The notes below the pieces were generated by a model that was given only the letters and a program-made list of their open reading frames with translations, was not told the origin of the DNA and searched no databases. From NCBI GenBank assembly GCA_001464815.1, contig LNDW01000022.1, positions 76,290 through 140,289 of the forward strand: a DNA stretch of 64,000 nucleotides. The letters run 5' to 3'. Shown in pieces: positions 43,442 through 53,533 of this stretch. The first letter of the stretch is position 1, and every line of letters begins with the position of its first letter. Source of the stretch: Betaproteobacteria bacterium Ga0077527. GTDB taxonomy: Bacteria > Pseudomonadota > Gammaproteobacteria > Burkholderiales > SG8-41. The position numbers were made by a program, and so were the translations under genes.

Positions 43442-46400
43442 ATGCTGAAACGGTGGTGGCTGTGTTTGGGTGCGCTCGCGGCGCTGTGGCTGCCGGCGGC
43501 CGCGTACGCCCAGACCTGCACCAACGTCGCCACCGGCAACTGGGGCACTGCCGCCACCTGGAACTGCACGGTGTTGCCTGCGGCTCGCGTACCGGCCAAC
43601 ACCGACAATGTGGTGATCATCAACAACACCACGGTGACGGTGAACATTGCCGGCGCGGTGGCCGGCTCGGTGACCATCAACACCGGTGCCAATGCGACCA
43701 GCCTGACGCTGGGTGTCGGCAGCGGTTTGACCGTGACCAACGCCGGCGGCCGCAGCGGTGATGTCGTCATCAACAGTCCGACCGCCGGCGTCACCAAGCA
43801 GGTCAATGTCGGCACCCAGACCATGACGGTGACCGGCAATTTCACCATCAACGGCGGCACCACCACGGCTTCGGCGGCGAATATCGCCCAGCTCGCGGTC
43901 ACCACCGGCACCGTCAACATCGGCGGCAATCTGGTGATGACCGGCGGCGCGGTGCAGAGCTTCGCCCAGACCACGCTGACCACCGGCACCATCAACGTCA
44001 GCGGCAATGCCACGCTCACCGGCGGCGGCGCTGCCAACAGGGTGGCGCGGATCAATATCACCGGCGCCAGCGGGGTGGGCGCCGGGGTCAATGTCAACGG
44101 CACCCTCAACATCAATTCCACGGTTGCCGCCTCGTCCTTGGTCACGCTGGGCACCGGCAGCCGGATGCGTGTCACGGGTGCTGTGACCAACAATGACACG
44201 CTGACCATTGGCGCGGGCATTTTCACCGCGCAATCCACGTTGTCCACCGGCAGCGCGGCTAATGCGATCGCGGCGACCACATCGGTCACCACCGGTACCT
44301 TGTCGGTGACCGGCAACACCACGGTGACCTCCGGCACCAACGGCCTGAAGACGATGTCGCTGACCAACGGCACCATGACCCTGTCCGGCAATCTTGACGT
44401 CACTGCCGCCGCGGCCACCGTTGACACCGGGGATGCCACGGTCAGTGTCACCGGTACCGGCACCATGAATGTCGGCGGCAGCGCCACCGTCACCGGCGGT
44501 ACCAACGCCAACCGCGACGCGCTGCTGACCGTCAGCGGCGTCAGTGGTGTCGGCGCCGGTATCAACATCAGCGGCGGCCTCAACATCGTCTCCACCATCG
44601 CCGGTTCGTCGACGGTGAGCCTGACCAATGCCTCGAGCCGGATGACGGTAAGCGGCGCTGCCGGTGTCAGCAACAACGACACGATGACGGTGGGTGTCGG
44701 CATCTTCAACATCAGCAACGCCGCTGCGACACTCGCCATCGGCAACGGCGCCAGCACCACCAACGCCACGACGAGCGTCACCACCGGCTCGCTGACCGTC
44801 GCCGGCAACGTGGTGGTTGATTCGCGCACCAACGGGCTGAAAACCCTGACGCTGGGCAACGGCACGATCAACATCACGGGCAATCTGAGTGTCACCGCCG
44901 CTGCGGCCACAGCTGACACCGGAGATGCCACCGCCAGTGTCACCGGCACCGGCACCCTGAATGTCGGCGGCACCGCCACCATCACCGGCGGCAGCAATGC
45001 CAACCGCGACGCGCTGCTGACCGTGACCGGGATCAGCGGTGTCGGCGCCGGCGTCAACATCTCGGGCACGCTCAACGTCAACGCCACGGTGGCCGGTTCA
45101 TCGACGGTCAGCCTGACCAATGCGAGCAGCCGCATCACGGTCAGTGGCGCGGGCGGTGTCAACAACGGTGACACGATGACCGTGGGTGTCGGGATTTTCG
45201 CGGTGACCAATGCCGCCGCCACCTATACCAACAGCAATGCCACGGCAGTTGCCTCAACCACGGTATCCACCGGCTCGCTGACGGTGGCCGGGCCGCTGAG
45301 CAACGCCGCCGCGGAAACCGTCACGCTGTCCGGCACCGGCAGCATCACCGCGGGTGGTCTCTACACCAACACCGGCACCACCACGATCAGCACCACCGGC
45401 ATCGTCAATGCCAACGGCGGTTTCAGCAACACCGGCATCTTCACCAACACCGCCGGCGGCCAGTTGTTCCTGCGCGGCACACCCAACACCATCAACGGCA
45501 CCTTCAATCGCGGCAGCGGCACGGTGACGATGAACGGGTCCGCGGCGCAGGCGCTGTCGGGCACCGGGCTGGAGCCGGTGACAACGGCCGGTGACGGTTT
45601 TCACAATCTGGTGATCAACAATGCCGCAGGCGTGACCCTGGGCAGCAACGTCGTGGCGCGCAACGTGATCACGCTGACCAGCGGCGAGGTCAGCACCGGC
45701 GCCAACGTGCTGGTGTCGGAACTGAGTTGCGCCACGCCCAGTGTCAACCGGACCAGCGGTCATATCGTCGGCAATTTCCAGAAACTGATTCCCGCCGGCG
45801 GCTCGACCTGCAACTACGAGATCGGCAGCGCTGGTGCTTACACCCCGGCCTCGCTGGTGTTCACCGGTGTTGCGGTCGGGGGCGGACGCCTGATTGCGGC
45901 CACATTTACCGGCGACCACCCAAACATTGCCACTTCCGGTTTCACCGCGACCCGCACCGTGAACCGTTACTGGCGGCTGACCACCACCGGAGTAACCGGC
46001 ACCGTGCTTCCGGCGTTCACCAATTACAGCGCGACACTGACCTTTATCAATCCCGGTGATCTCGATGCCGGCGTCGATACCTCGATTTTCATCATTCGCC
46101 GTTGGACGGGTGCGGCTTGGGCGGCCACTACCACGGGCACGCGGACCCCGACCAGCACCCAGGCCACCGGCATCACCGCACTGGGTGAGCTGCAGGTCGG
46201 CGAAGGCGGGGTTGCGGCGCCCGGCAGTTTTAATGCCTTTGAAACCAGCACTGCCGCGCTGGCGATCACCGGCGTGATCCGCACCAAGCGCGCCGGTGTC
46301 GCCTTCAGCCTCGACGTGGTGGCGATCCTCGCCGGCGCTCAGCACTCGGCTTTCACCAATGCCGTACTGGTTGATCTGCTTGGCAACAACACGCTCGGTG

Positions 46401-48007
46401 TCGCGCTTGATGGCAATAACTGTCCGACCAGCTTCACCGTGGTGCAGACGGTAAGCCCCGATCCGACCATCACCAGCGGCCGCTCCACCGTCAATTTCAC
46501 CGCGGTGGCCAATTCCTGGCGTGATGTGCGCGTGCGTGTGCGCTGGCCCACCGGATCGCCGACGGTGACGAGCTGCTCGACCGACAATTTCGCGATCCGC
46601 CCGGATTCAATCAACGGTTTTGCTGCGAGCAACAACACACGCACCACCGCCGGCATCACGAACCCGCTGAACAGCACGGTGTTCGGCACGGTACTGCATA
46701 ACGCCGGCCGGCCATTCAGTTTCCGTGCCAGCGCGGTGAACAATGCCTCGGTGATCACCAGCAACTACGCCGGATCGCCGCTGGCCACGCTCTCCACCTG
46801 TGTTGGCGCGGCCTGCACCACCACCCAGGCCGGGCTGACCTTCACCACCACCTTTGCCGCGGGATTGCTTGCGACCGACACCGCGAGTTATCCCGACGTG
46901 GGTTCATTCAGCCTGCAGTTGACTGACGATGATTTTGCCTCGGTCGACGCCAGCGACGGCTCGACACTGGGCGAGCGGCGCATTGCCTCGGCGGTGATCA
47001 ATGTCGGCCGTTTCACGCCGGACAACTTCGCGGTGGCCTACAACGTGCCGGTGTTCGCGCCGGCTTGCACCGGCTTTACTTACCAGGGCCAGGCTTTCAA
47101 CTATTCCACCCCGCCGGTGATCACCGTCACCGCTCGCGATTTTAATGGCAACACCACATCGCGTTACACCGGCAGCTGGTGGCGCCTGACCAACACCACG
47201 CTGACGCCGGTGACACAATCGGCACGTTATGCGGTATTGAGCGGCACGCTGGATTCGACAGGATTGCCGGCCACCACCGCGGATCCGGCGATTGTCGACT
47301 CCGGAACCGGCGGCGGCACCTTGACCTTCTCCGGCGGCAGCGGCCTGCGCTTCACCCGCGCCCCCGGCGCCCCTGCGGCGGAATTCAACGCCGAGATTGC
47401 GTTGTCGCTGAGCATCGTCGATGCCGACAGCGTCGCTTTCGCGACCAATCCGGCGGCCTTCGGCGCGGCAACGGCCGGCAACGGCATCCTGTTCAGCGAC
47501 GGCAACGCCGGCACCACCAACGACAAACGCGTGCGCTACGGCCGGTTGCGCCTGGGCAGCACTAGCGGCTCGCAGGTGCTGGCGCTGCGGGTGCCGGTGG
47601 AGGCGCAGTACTGGAACGGCACGTCGTTCATCACCAATACGCTGGACAGTTGCACCACGCTTGCCGCAGGCAACGTCGGCCTCGGCAACTACACCGGCAG
47701 CCTCACTGCCGGCGAGACCACGGCGACGATCACCGCCAGTCCGCTGCAGTCAGGCCGCAGCGCGATCCAGCTGAGCGCGCCGGGTGCGGCCAATTTCGGC
47801 GGCGTCGATGTCACGCTCAACCTCGGCAGCGGCGCCAATGCCGATGCCTGCAACAGCTTTGCCCCGGCAGCGACCGCGGGCAATCTCGCACACCTGCGCG
47901 GGCTGTGGTGCACGCCCCCGGGCACCTTCAGCAAGGATCCGGCAGCGCGGGTGCGCTTTGGTGTGGTGCGCAGCAGCGATCAGTCGATTTACCGGCGCGA
48001 GCAATAA
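43442..48007 (+). CDS. mshQ: MshQ-like giant pilus-associated exported protein
   Basis: Track ORF 43403..48007. I prefer the ATG at 43442, which gives a signal peptide (MLKRWWLCLGALAALWLPAAAYA). The N-terminal third is Thr/Gly/Asn/Val-rich with three tandem ~155-164-aa repeats. The C-terminal region (..KRVRYGRLRL..YWNGTSF..LHLRGLWC..DPAARVRFGVVRSSDQSIYRRE) has the character of an MshQ tail. It is last in the pilin operon. Confidence 0.75.
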   Translation: MLKRWWLCLGALAALWLPAAAYAQTCTNVATGNWGTAATWNCTVLPAARVPANTDNVVIINNTTVTVNIAGAVAGSVTINTGANATSLTLGVGSGLTVTNAGGRSGDVVINSPTAGVTKQVNVGTQTMTVTGNFTINGGTTTASAANIAQLAVTTGTVNIGGNLVMTGGAVQSFAQTTLTTGTINVSGNATLTGGGAANRVARINITGASGVGAGVNVNGTLNINSTVAASSLVTLGTGSRMRVTGAVTNNDTLTIGAGIFTAQSTLSTGSAANAIAATTSVTTGTLSVTGNTTVTSGTNGLKTMSLTNGTMTLSGNLDVTAAAATVDTGDATVSVTGTGTMNVGGSATVTGGTNANRDALLTVSGVSGVGAGINISGGLNIVSTIAGSSTVSLTNASSRMTVSGAAGVSNNDTMTVGVGIFNISNAAATLAIGNGASTTNATTSVTTGSLTVAGNVVVDSRTNGLKTLTLGNGTINITGNLSVTAAAATADTGDATASVTGTGTLNVGGTATITGGSNANRDALLTVTGISGVGAGVNISGTLNVNATVAGSSTVSLTNASSRITVSGAGGVNNGDTMTVGVGIFAVTNAAATYTNSNATAVASTTVSTGSLTVAGPLSNAAAETVTLSGTGSITAGGLYTNTGTTTISTTGIVNANGGFSNTGIFTNTAGGQLFLRGTPNTINGTFNRGSGTVTMNGSAAQALSGTGLEPVTTAGDGFHNLVINNAAGVTLGSNVVARNVITLTSGEVSTGANVLVSELSCATPSVNRTSGHIVGNFQKLIPAGGSTCNYEIGSAGAYTPASLVFTGVAVGGGRLIAATFTGDHPNIATSGFTATRTVNRYWRLTTTGVTGTVLPAFTNYSATLTFINPGDLDAGVDTSIFIIRRWTGAAWAATTTGTRTPTSTQATGITALGELQVGEGGVAAPGSFNAFETSTAALAITGVIRTKRAGVAFSLDVVAILAGAQHSAFTNAVLVDLLGNNTLGVALDGNNCPTSFTVVQTVSPDPTITSGRSTVNFTAVANSWRDVRVRVRWPTGSPTVTSCSTDNFAIRPDSINGFAASNNTRTTAGITNPLNSTVFGTVLHNAGRPFSFRASAVNNASVITSNYAGSPLATLSTCVGAACTTTQAGLTFTTTFAAGLLATDTASYPDVGSFSLQLTDDDFASVDASDGSTLGERRIASAVINVGRFTPDNFAVAYNVPVFAPACTGFTYQGQAFNYSTPPVITVTARDFNGNTTSRYTGSWWRLTNTTLTPVTQSARYAVLSGTLDSTGLPATTADPAIVDSGTGGGTLTFSGGSGLRFTRAPGAPAAEFNAEIALSLSIVDADSVAFATNPAAFGAATAGNGILFSDGNAGTTNDKRVRYGRLRLGSTSGSQVLALRVPVEAQYWNGTSFITNTLDSCTTLAAGNVGLGNYTGSLTAGETTATITASPLQSGRSAIQLSAPGAANFGGVDVTLNLGSGANADACNSFAPAATAGNLAHLRGLWCTPPGTFSKDPAARVRFGVVRSSDQSIYRREQ

Positions 48008-48166
48008 ATGACGCGTCACGACGGGTGAAATTTTCATGATTAAAAACAAGGCGTTACATTTTTGCTGTGGACAAGCAACCCGCAGAAAGCGCCATAAGTC
48101 TTTGAGAGTATTGAAAAATATGCTAGTTTGCCCGGCATCGCGCCAGTCCCGAATTGCCCGAGATTG

Positions 48167-49093
48167 ATGAACTTCTTCCGTAAAAATCGACACCCCGGCT
48201 GGCTGTGCATGAACCTGCACGCTGACCGCGTCGATCTTTCGCATGTCCTGGTCGAAGGCCGTCCGCGGCCGGAAGTGCTGCTCTGTGAATCCTTCCGCAA
48301 GGAAGGTGATGACGTGGCGACGCTGGCGCGGCTGCGCCGCGAGCTCGACCTTGACCGTTACCGTTGCCTGACCATGCTCAAGGCCCGCGATTACCAGATG
48401 TTCACGGTGGACCGGCCCGAAGTGCCTGATGCCGAGGCGCGCCAGGCTGTGCGCTGGTCGCTGAAGGATCTCCTTGATTTTCCGCTGGACGCGGCAACGG
48501 TGGATGGCGTCAGTGTGCCCGCCGCCGACAACAGCCGCAAACCGCAGATGCTCGCGGTTGCCGCGCGCAACGAGGCCATCGCCACCACGGTGCGGCCGTT
48601 CAACGACGCCGACATCGAACTGGCGGCGATCGACGTGCCCGAACTGGCGCAGCGCAATCTCGCGCGGCTGCTCGAAGCCGAGGGCCGCGGCCTGGCTTTG
48701 TTCGGCGTCGATGACCACGCGGCGACGGTGACCTTCACCGCCGGCGGCGAGTTGTACCAGTCGCGGCGCATCGAGGTTGCGCTTAAGGATTTCGAGAACG
48801 AGGCCGGCACCGGGGCGCTGTATGACCGCGTGGGGCTGGAGCTGCAGCGTTCGCTCGATCATTTCGACCGTCAGTACCGCAATGTCACCGTGTCGCGCGT
48901 GGTGGTCAGCGCGGTGCCGTTCCGCGAGCGCTTTGTCGAATATCTGGCCGCCAACCTGACGCTGCCGGTGGAGGGTCTGGATCTCGAGCAGATCATCGAT
49001 TTTCCGGGTGTGCCGGAACTGCGCGACCCACTGCGCCAGTCACAGTGCCTGCAGTTGATCGGTGCCGCGATGCGCGCGGAGGCGGCGGCATGA
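48167..49093 (+). CDS. mshI: PilM-like pilus assembly protein (N-terminal half of Vibrio-type MshI)
   Basis: Track ORF 48128..49093. I prefer the ATG at 48167. It has an actin-like ATPase-fold character and lies first in the assembly operon. Confidence 0.65.
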   Translation: MNFFRKNRHPGWLCMNLHADRVDLSHVLVEGRPRPEVLLCESFRKEGDDVATLARLRRELDLDRYRCLTMLKARDYQMFTVDRPEVPDAEARQAVRWSLKDLLDFPLDAATVDGVSVPAADNSRKPQMLAVAARNEAIATTVRPFNDADIELAAIDVPELAQRNLARLLEAEGRGLALFGVDDHAATVTFTAGGELYQSRRIEVALKDFENEAGTGALYDRVGLELQRSLDHFDRQYRNVTVSRVVVSAVPFRERFVEYLAANLTLPVEGLDLEQIIDFPGVPELRDPLRQSQCLQLIGAAMRAEAAA

Positions 49094-49791
49094 GCCATCC
49101 CGCCGCCACGATGCAATACATCAACCTGCTGGCACCGGCCTTTCGCAAGCCGCGGGTGCAGCTGTCGCTGGCTCGAAGCCTGGCGTTCACGGTGGTCGCC
49201 GCGCTGCTGATGTCGCTGCTGTTGGGGCACGACCAGACCCGCGTCAACGGCCTGCGCGAGGAACTCGCTTCGGCGCAGTCGTTGCTCAAGGCGCAAAGCA
49301 TCTACACCAGCCGGCTCAAGGGCGAGAGCGGGCAGCAGGGCGCGAACCAGCTTGACACCGAAATCCAGCGTCTCGAGGCCACGTTGAAGACCGCGCGCGA
49401 CAGCATGAATGTGCTCGAGGGCGGGGCGCTCGGCAACCGCGATGGTTTCGCCCGCTACATGCAGGCGTTTGCGCGGCAGTCGCTCGATGGGCTGTGGCTG
49501 ACCGGTTTCACCGTGGCCGGTGGCGGTGATGTCGCGATTGAGGGCAGGGTGCTGCGGCCCGAGCTGGTGCCGGCCTACATCCAGCGCCTCAATGGAGAAC
49601 CTGCGCTTAAAGGCCGCGCCTTTGCCGCGCTGGAACTGAAGCGGCCGCCGCCAGCCCCTGCCGCCGCGGCCGCAACTGCAACAGGCGGCGAGGTGGTGCC
49701 GCCGAAGGCGGAGACCCCGCGCTACATCGAATTTGCGCTGACCACCGCCGAGCCGGTGATGACAGCTGAGTCACGCACGGAGCGGCGCTGA
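49090..49791 (+). CDS. PilN-like bitopic assembly protein (C-terminal half of Vibrio-type MshI)
   Basis: Track ORF 49045..49791. I prefer the ATG at 49090, which makes an ATGA overlap. Features: YINLL motif, TM segment LAFTVVAALLMSLLLG, coiled coil. Confidence 0.65.
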   Translation: MSHPAATMQYINLLAPAFRKPRVQLSLARSLAFTVVAALLMSLLLGHDQTRVNGLREELASAQSLLKAQSIYTSRLKGESGQQGANQLDTEIQRLEATLKTARDSMNVLEGGALGNRDGFARYMQAFARQSLDGLWLTGFTVAGGGDVAIEGRVLRPELVPAYIQRLNGEPALKGRAFAALELKRPPPAPAAAAATATGGEVVPPKAETPRYIEFALTTAEPVMTAESRTERR

Positions 49792-50489
49792 TGGACACTT
49801 CGGCCACAGCGCGTTTTGCCGCGACCTGGAAACAATGGAGCGACCGTTTTGCCGCGCGCTCCCTGCGCGAACGCGCGATCATGGCCGGTGGCCTGGTCGC
49901 GGTGGTGGTGGTGCTGTTTGATGCGCTGATGCTGCAGCCGCTGGCCCAGCAGCAGCGCCGCCTGTCCGGTCAGGTCGCCGAGGCGCGGGCGGCGATCAAG
50001 GCCGGCGAGCAGGTGCTCGCCACCGGCCGTGACAGTGATCCCGACGAGGTCAAGCGCCGTTACCGCGACGAGCTGCGCCGCCAGATCGCCGAGATCGACA
50101 CCAAACTGCAGGGCCTGCAGAAACAACTGGTGCCGCCGGACCAGGTGGTGAACCTGCTCGAGGGTGTACTCTCGCGGGAACGCGGCCTGGCCCTGGTCAG
50201 CCTGCGCAAGCTGCCGGTGCAGAGCTTCGAGGCCGCCGGCGCGGTCAAGGGCGACGGCAAAAACGAAGGCAGTGACGGTGCCGCGAACCGCGGCATTTTC
50301 CAGCACAGTTTCGAGATCGAGGTCGAAGGCAGCTATGGCGAATTACATGCCTATCTCGCGCGGCTGGAAAAACTTCCCTGGCAACTGTTCTGGGGCAAGG
50401 TGGCGCTCGACGCGACGCGCCACCCGCGGCTGAAATTGACGCTGACGGTGCATACGCTGAGCATGAACAAGGTATGGCTGGTCGTATGA
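49791..50489 (+). CDS. mshJ: PilO-like assembly protein
   Basis: 232 aa. It has a TM segment (AIMAGGLVAVVVVLFDALML), a coiled coil, and a C-terminal ferredoxin-like part (FEIEVEGSYGELHAYLARLE). Confidence 0.65.
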   Translation: MDTSATARFAATWKQWSDRFAARSLRERAIMAGGLVAVVVVLFDALMLQPLAQQQRRLSGQVAEARAAIKAGEQVLATGRDSDPDEVKRRYRDELRRQIAEIDTKLQGLQKQLVPPDQVVNLLEGVLSRERGLALVSLRKLPVQSFEAAGAVKGDGKNEGSDGAANRGIFQHSFEIEVEGSYGELHAYLARLEKLPWQLFWGKVALDATRHPRLKLTLTVHTLSMNKVWLVV

Positions 50490-50857
50490 TACAAGCGACG
50501 ATTACTGCGCTGATATTGCTGGCGCCGTTGCCGGTCATGGCGCAGGGATTTGCCGATCCGACGCGGCCGCCGGGCGTCATCGCCGATTCGGCGGAGTCCG
50601 CCGCGGCGGGCAGCGGGCCCGTGCTGCAGTCGGTGATGCTGTCGCCGACGCGCAAGGTGGCGGTGATCAGCGGCGAGATGGTGGTGCTGGGCGGGCGTTA
50701 CGGTGGCGCGCAGCTGGTGAAGTTGAGCGAGACCGAAGCGGTGCTCAAAAGCGGCAATGAGCTGGTGGTGCTGAAGCTGCATCCCCAGGTCGACAAGAAA
50801 CCGGTGGATGGCAAAGGCGCGGCGGGCCGGAGCCCGGCGAACAAGACAAGGCAATGA
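50486..50857 (+). CDS. mshK: PilP-like small periplasmic assembly protein
   Basis: Track ORF 50474..50857. I prefer the ATG at 50486, which makes an ATGA overlap. It has a signal peptide (MIQATITALILLAPLPVMA). Size and position fit MshK. Confidence 0.6.
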   Translation: MIQATITALILLAPLPVMAQGFADPTRPPGVIADSAESAAAGSGPVLQSVMLSPTRKVAVISGEMVVLGGRYGGAQLVKLSETEAVLKSGNELVVLKLHPQVDKKPVDGKGAAGRSPANKTRQ

Positions 50858-52629
50858 ACCTGGGACTGAAGCAGATGCGCGGATGGTGGATACCAGTGCT
50901 TGGAATACTGCTGGCGGGCTGTGCCGAGCCGCCGCAACAGGGCCGCAGTGCCGCGCTGGAGGCGATCCATCGCGAGCTCGACCAGGCCCAGCAGCGCCGT
51001 GCCGCGCCCCCCGCCGCGGACGCGGTGAGCCGCGCCCTGCTGCCGCCGCTGGTGGTCGAAATGCCTTCGACATCGACGCAGAAGCCCGAGCCGCGTTTCG
51101 ACCTGTCGGTGAACAACGCGCCGGCGAGCCAGGTTTTTCTCGCCATCGTCTCCGGCACCCGCTACAGCATGGTGCTGCACCCCGAGGTCAAGGGTGAGCT
51201 GTCGGTGAATCTGCGTGATGTCACGGTGCCCGAGGCGCTGGACACGCTGCGCGACCTCTACGGTTTTGACTACACGGTGCAGGGCAACCGCATCACCGTG
51301 CTGCCGGCGGCGCTGCAGACCCGCATTTTCCAGGTCAACTACCTGTTTGCCCAGCGCCGCGGCCAGACCGACACCCGCATCAGCTCGGGCTCGATCTCCG
51401 ACGCGCCTTCGAGTCCAGGCGCGGCAGCCCCGGGCGCGATCCCGGTGCCGACCACCGGCCCCACCGGCGCCGGCGGCACCCGTGCCGCGGAAAGCACCCG
51501 CGTCACCACGCGTTCGGACAGCGATTTCTGGAGCGATATGCAGCGTTCGCTCATCGCCATCCTTGGTGGCGCGCAGGGACGCAGCGTGGTCGTCAATTCG
51601 CAGTCCGGCGTGATCGTGGTGCGTGCGATGCCGCAGGAGCTGCGTGGTGTCGAGCAGTTCCTGAAGGCGATGCAGGTCATCGTCGAGCGCCAGGTCGTGC
51701 TCGAAGCGAAGATCATCGAGGTCACGTTGCGCGATACTTTCCAGGCCGGCATCAACTGGGCCGGTTTCCGTGACGGCAGCACCAGTTTCGGCGCCGGCGT
51801 GGTCCGGCCCGGCACCACGCTGGGTCGCACCGGCGCGATCAGCACACCCACGGGCCGCGCCCCGGACGGCTCGATACTGAGCGGCTCAAATTTCGCGGGC
51901 GGCTCGGTGGCGGGGGTGGCCAGCGCGCTGTCGCTTGGCGCCTCGGCGGCGGGCGGCCTGTTCGGCCTCGCGCTGCAGACCAGCGATTTTGCGGCGCTGC
52001 TGACCTTCCTCGAGACCCAGGGCGGCGTCAACGTGCTGTCGAGCCCGCGGGTGGCGACGATCAACAACCAGAAGGCGGTGTTGAAGGTTGGCACCGACGA
52101 TTTCTTCGTCACCAACGTCAGCACCACCTCGAGCACCACCGGCACCAGCACCACGGTGACGCCGACGATCACGGTGGCGCCGTTTTTCTCGGGCATCGCC
52201 CTGGATGTGACTCCGCAGATCGACGCCGGCAACAACATCATGCTGCACATCAACCCCTCGGTGAGCAGCGTGGTCGAGCGGCGCAAGGTGATCGATCTCG
52301 GCACCCTCGGTTCGTTCACGCTGCCGCTGGCGTCAAGCGACGTCAACGTCACCGACACCATCGTCCGCGTGCAGGACGGCAACATCGTCGCCATCGGCGG
52401 CCTGATGCGCCAGCAGTCGAATAACGACCGCAGCCAGGTGCCCGGTCTCGGCGACGCGCCGGGCATCGGCAACCTGTTCCGCCAGCGTGACCGCAGCAAC
52501 GTCAAGAGCGAGCTGGTGATCCTGTTGAAGCCGACCATCATCCACGGCGACCGCAACTGGCAGGAAGACCTGCAGCAGACCAGCGACCGCATCCGTTCGA
52601 TGACCGCGCCGGCACCGCAGCCGCGCTGA
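50854..52629 (+). CDS. mshL: Pilus secretin (MshL type), lipoprotein
   Basis: 591 aa with a lipobox (ILLAGC). Secretin core: VNVLSSPRVATINNQKAVLKVGTDDFFV, VPGLGDAPGIGNLFR, ELVILLKPTII. Confidence 0.9.
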   Translation: MNLGLKQMRGWWIPVLGILLAGCAEPPQQGRSAALEAIHRELDQAQQRRAAPPAADAVSRALLPPLVVEMPSTSTQKPEPRFDLSVNNAPASQVFLAIVSGTRYSMVLHPEVKGELSVNLRDVTVPEALDTLRDLYGFDYTVQGNRITVLPAALQTRIFQVNYLFAQRRGQTDTRISSGSISDAPSSPGAAAPGAIPVPTTGPTGAGGTRAAESTRVTTRSDSDFWSDMQRSLIAILGGAQGRSVVVNSQSGVIVVRAMPQELRGVEQFLKAMQVIVERQVVLEAKIIEVTLRDTFQAGINWAGFRDGSTSFGAGVVRPGTTLGRTGAISTPTGRAPDGSILSGSNFAGGSVAGVASALSLGASAAGGLFGLALQTSDFAALLTFLETQGGVNVLSSPRVATINNQKAVLKVGTDDFFVTNVSTTSSTTGTSTTVTPTITVAPFFSGIALDVTPQIDAGNNIMLHINPSVSSVVERRKVIDLGTLGSFTLPLASSDVNVTDTIVRVQDGNIVAIGGLMRQQSNNDRSQVPGLGDAPGIGNLFRQRDRSNVKSELVILLKPTIIHGDRNWQEDLQQTSDRIRSMTAPAPQPR

Positions 52630-52639
52630 GCGGCACGCC

Positions 52640-53533
52640 ATGTACGAGTCGCATTTCGGGCTGCGCGAACCGCCGTTCGGCATCACGCCCGACACCAGCT
52701 TTGCCTATGCCTGCAATTCCCATCAGGAAGCGCTGAACACGCTGCTTGTTGCCGCGCGCAACGGCGAGGGCTTCATGAAGGTCACCGGCGAGGTCGGCAC
52801 CGGCAAGACACTGCTGTGCCGGCGTTTTCTGGCCGCGCTGGGTGATCGTTTTGTCTCGGCCTATGTGCCCAATCCCTACCTCGAGCCGCGCACGCTGATG
52901 TTCGCGCTGGCCGAGGAACTGGTGATCGAGCTGCCGCGCGAAGCCGACCAGCACCAGTTGCTGAAGGAGTTGCAGCGCGCGCTGCTCAATTTCGCGCGCC
53001 AGGGCAGGACCGTGGTGGTCTGTCTCGACGAGGCACAGGCGATGCCGCTGGAGACGCTGGAATCGCTGCGCCTGCTGTCCAACCTCGAGACCGAAAAGCG
53101 CAAGCTGGTGCAGGTGGTGCTGTTCGGCCAGCCTGAACTCGATGAACGTCTGGCGCAGTCCTCGGTGCGCCAGTTGCGTCAGCGCATTACCTTCCAGTAC
53201 CGGATGTCGGTGCTCACTGCCGCCGAGCTTGAGCATTACCTCGCGCACCGCCTGCGGGTTGCCGGCTACCGCGGCAGCCGCCTGTTCCTGCCGGCCGCGG
53301 TGCGCGCGCTGCATCGCGCCAGCCGCGGCACGCCACGGCTGGTGAACATTATTGCGCACAAGGCATTGCTGCTTGCGTTCGGCGAAGGCCTGCAACAGGT
53401 GCTGCCGCGCCATGTGCGTGGCGCCGCCGCGGATACGCCGGCGGCGGCCCGTCCCCGCTGGCGGCTGGTACTGCTGCTGTCGCTGGTGGTGTCGGGGATC
53501 GCCGCCGCGCTGTTTTTCGGGTGGCCGGCATGA
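52640..53533 (+). CDS. mshM: ExeA-like AAA ATPase of MSHA systems
   Basis: 297 aa. N-terminus MYESHFGLREPPFGITPDTSF, Walker A GEVGTGKT, Walker B VVVCLDEAQ. Confidence 0.85.
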   Translation: MYESHFGLREPPFGITPDTSFAYACNSHQEALNTLLVAARNGEGFMKVTGEVGTGKTLLCRRFLAALGDRFVSAYVPNPYLEPRTLMFALAEELVIELPREADQHQLLKELQRALLNFARQGRTVVVCLDEAQAMPLETLESLRLLSNLETEKRKLVQVVLFGQPELDERLAQSSVRQLRQRITFQYRMSVLTAAELEHYLAHRLRVAGYRGSRLFLPAAVRALHRASRGTPRLVNIIAHKALLLAFGEGLQQVLPRHVRGAAADTPAAARPRWRLVLLLSLVVSGIAAALFFGWPA

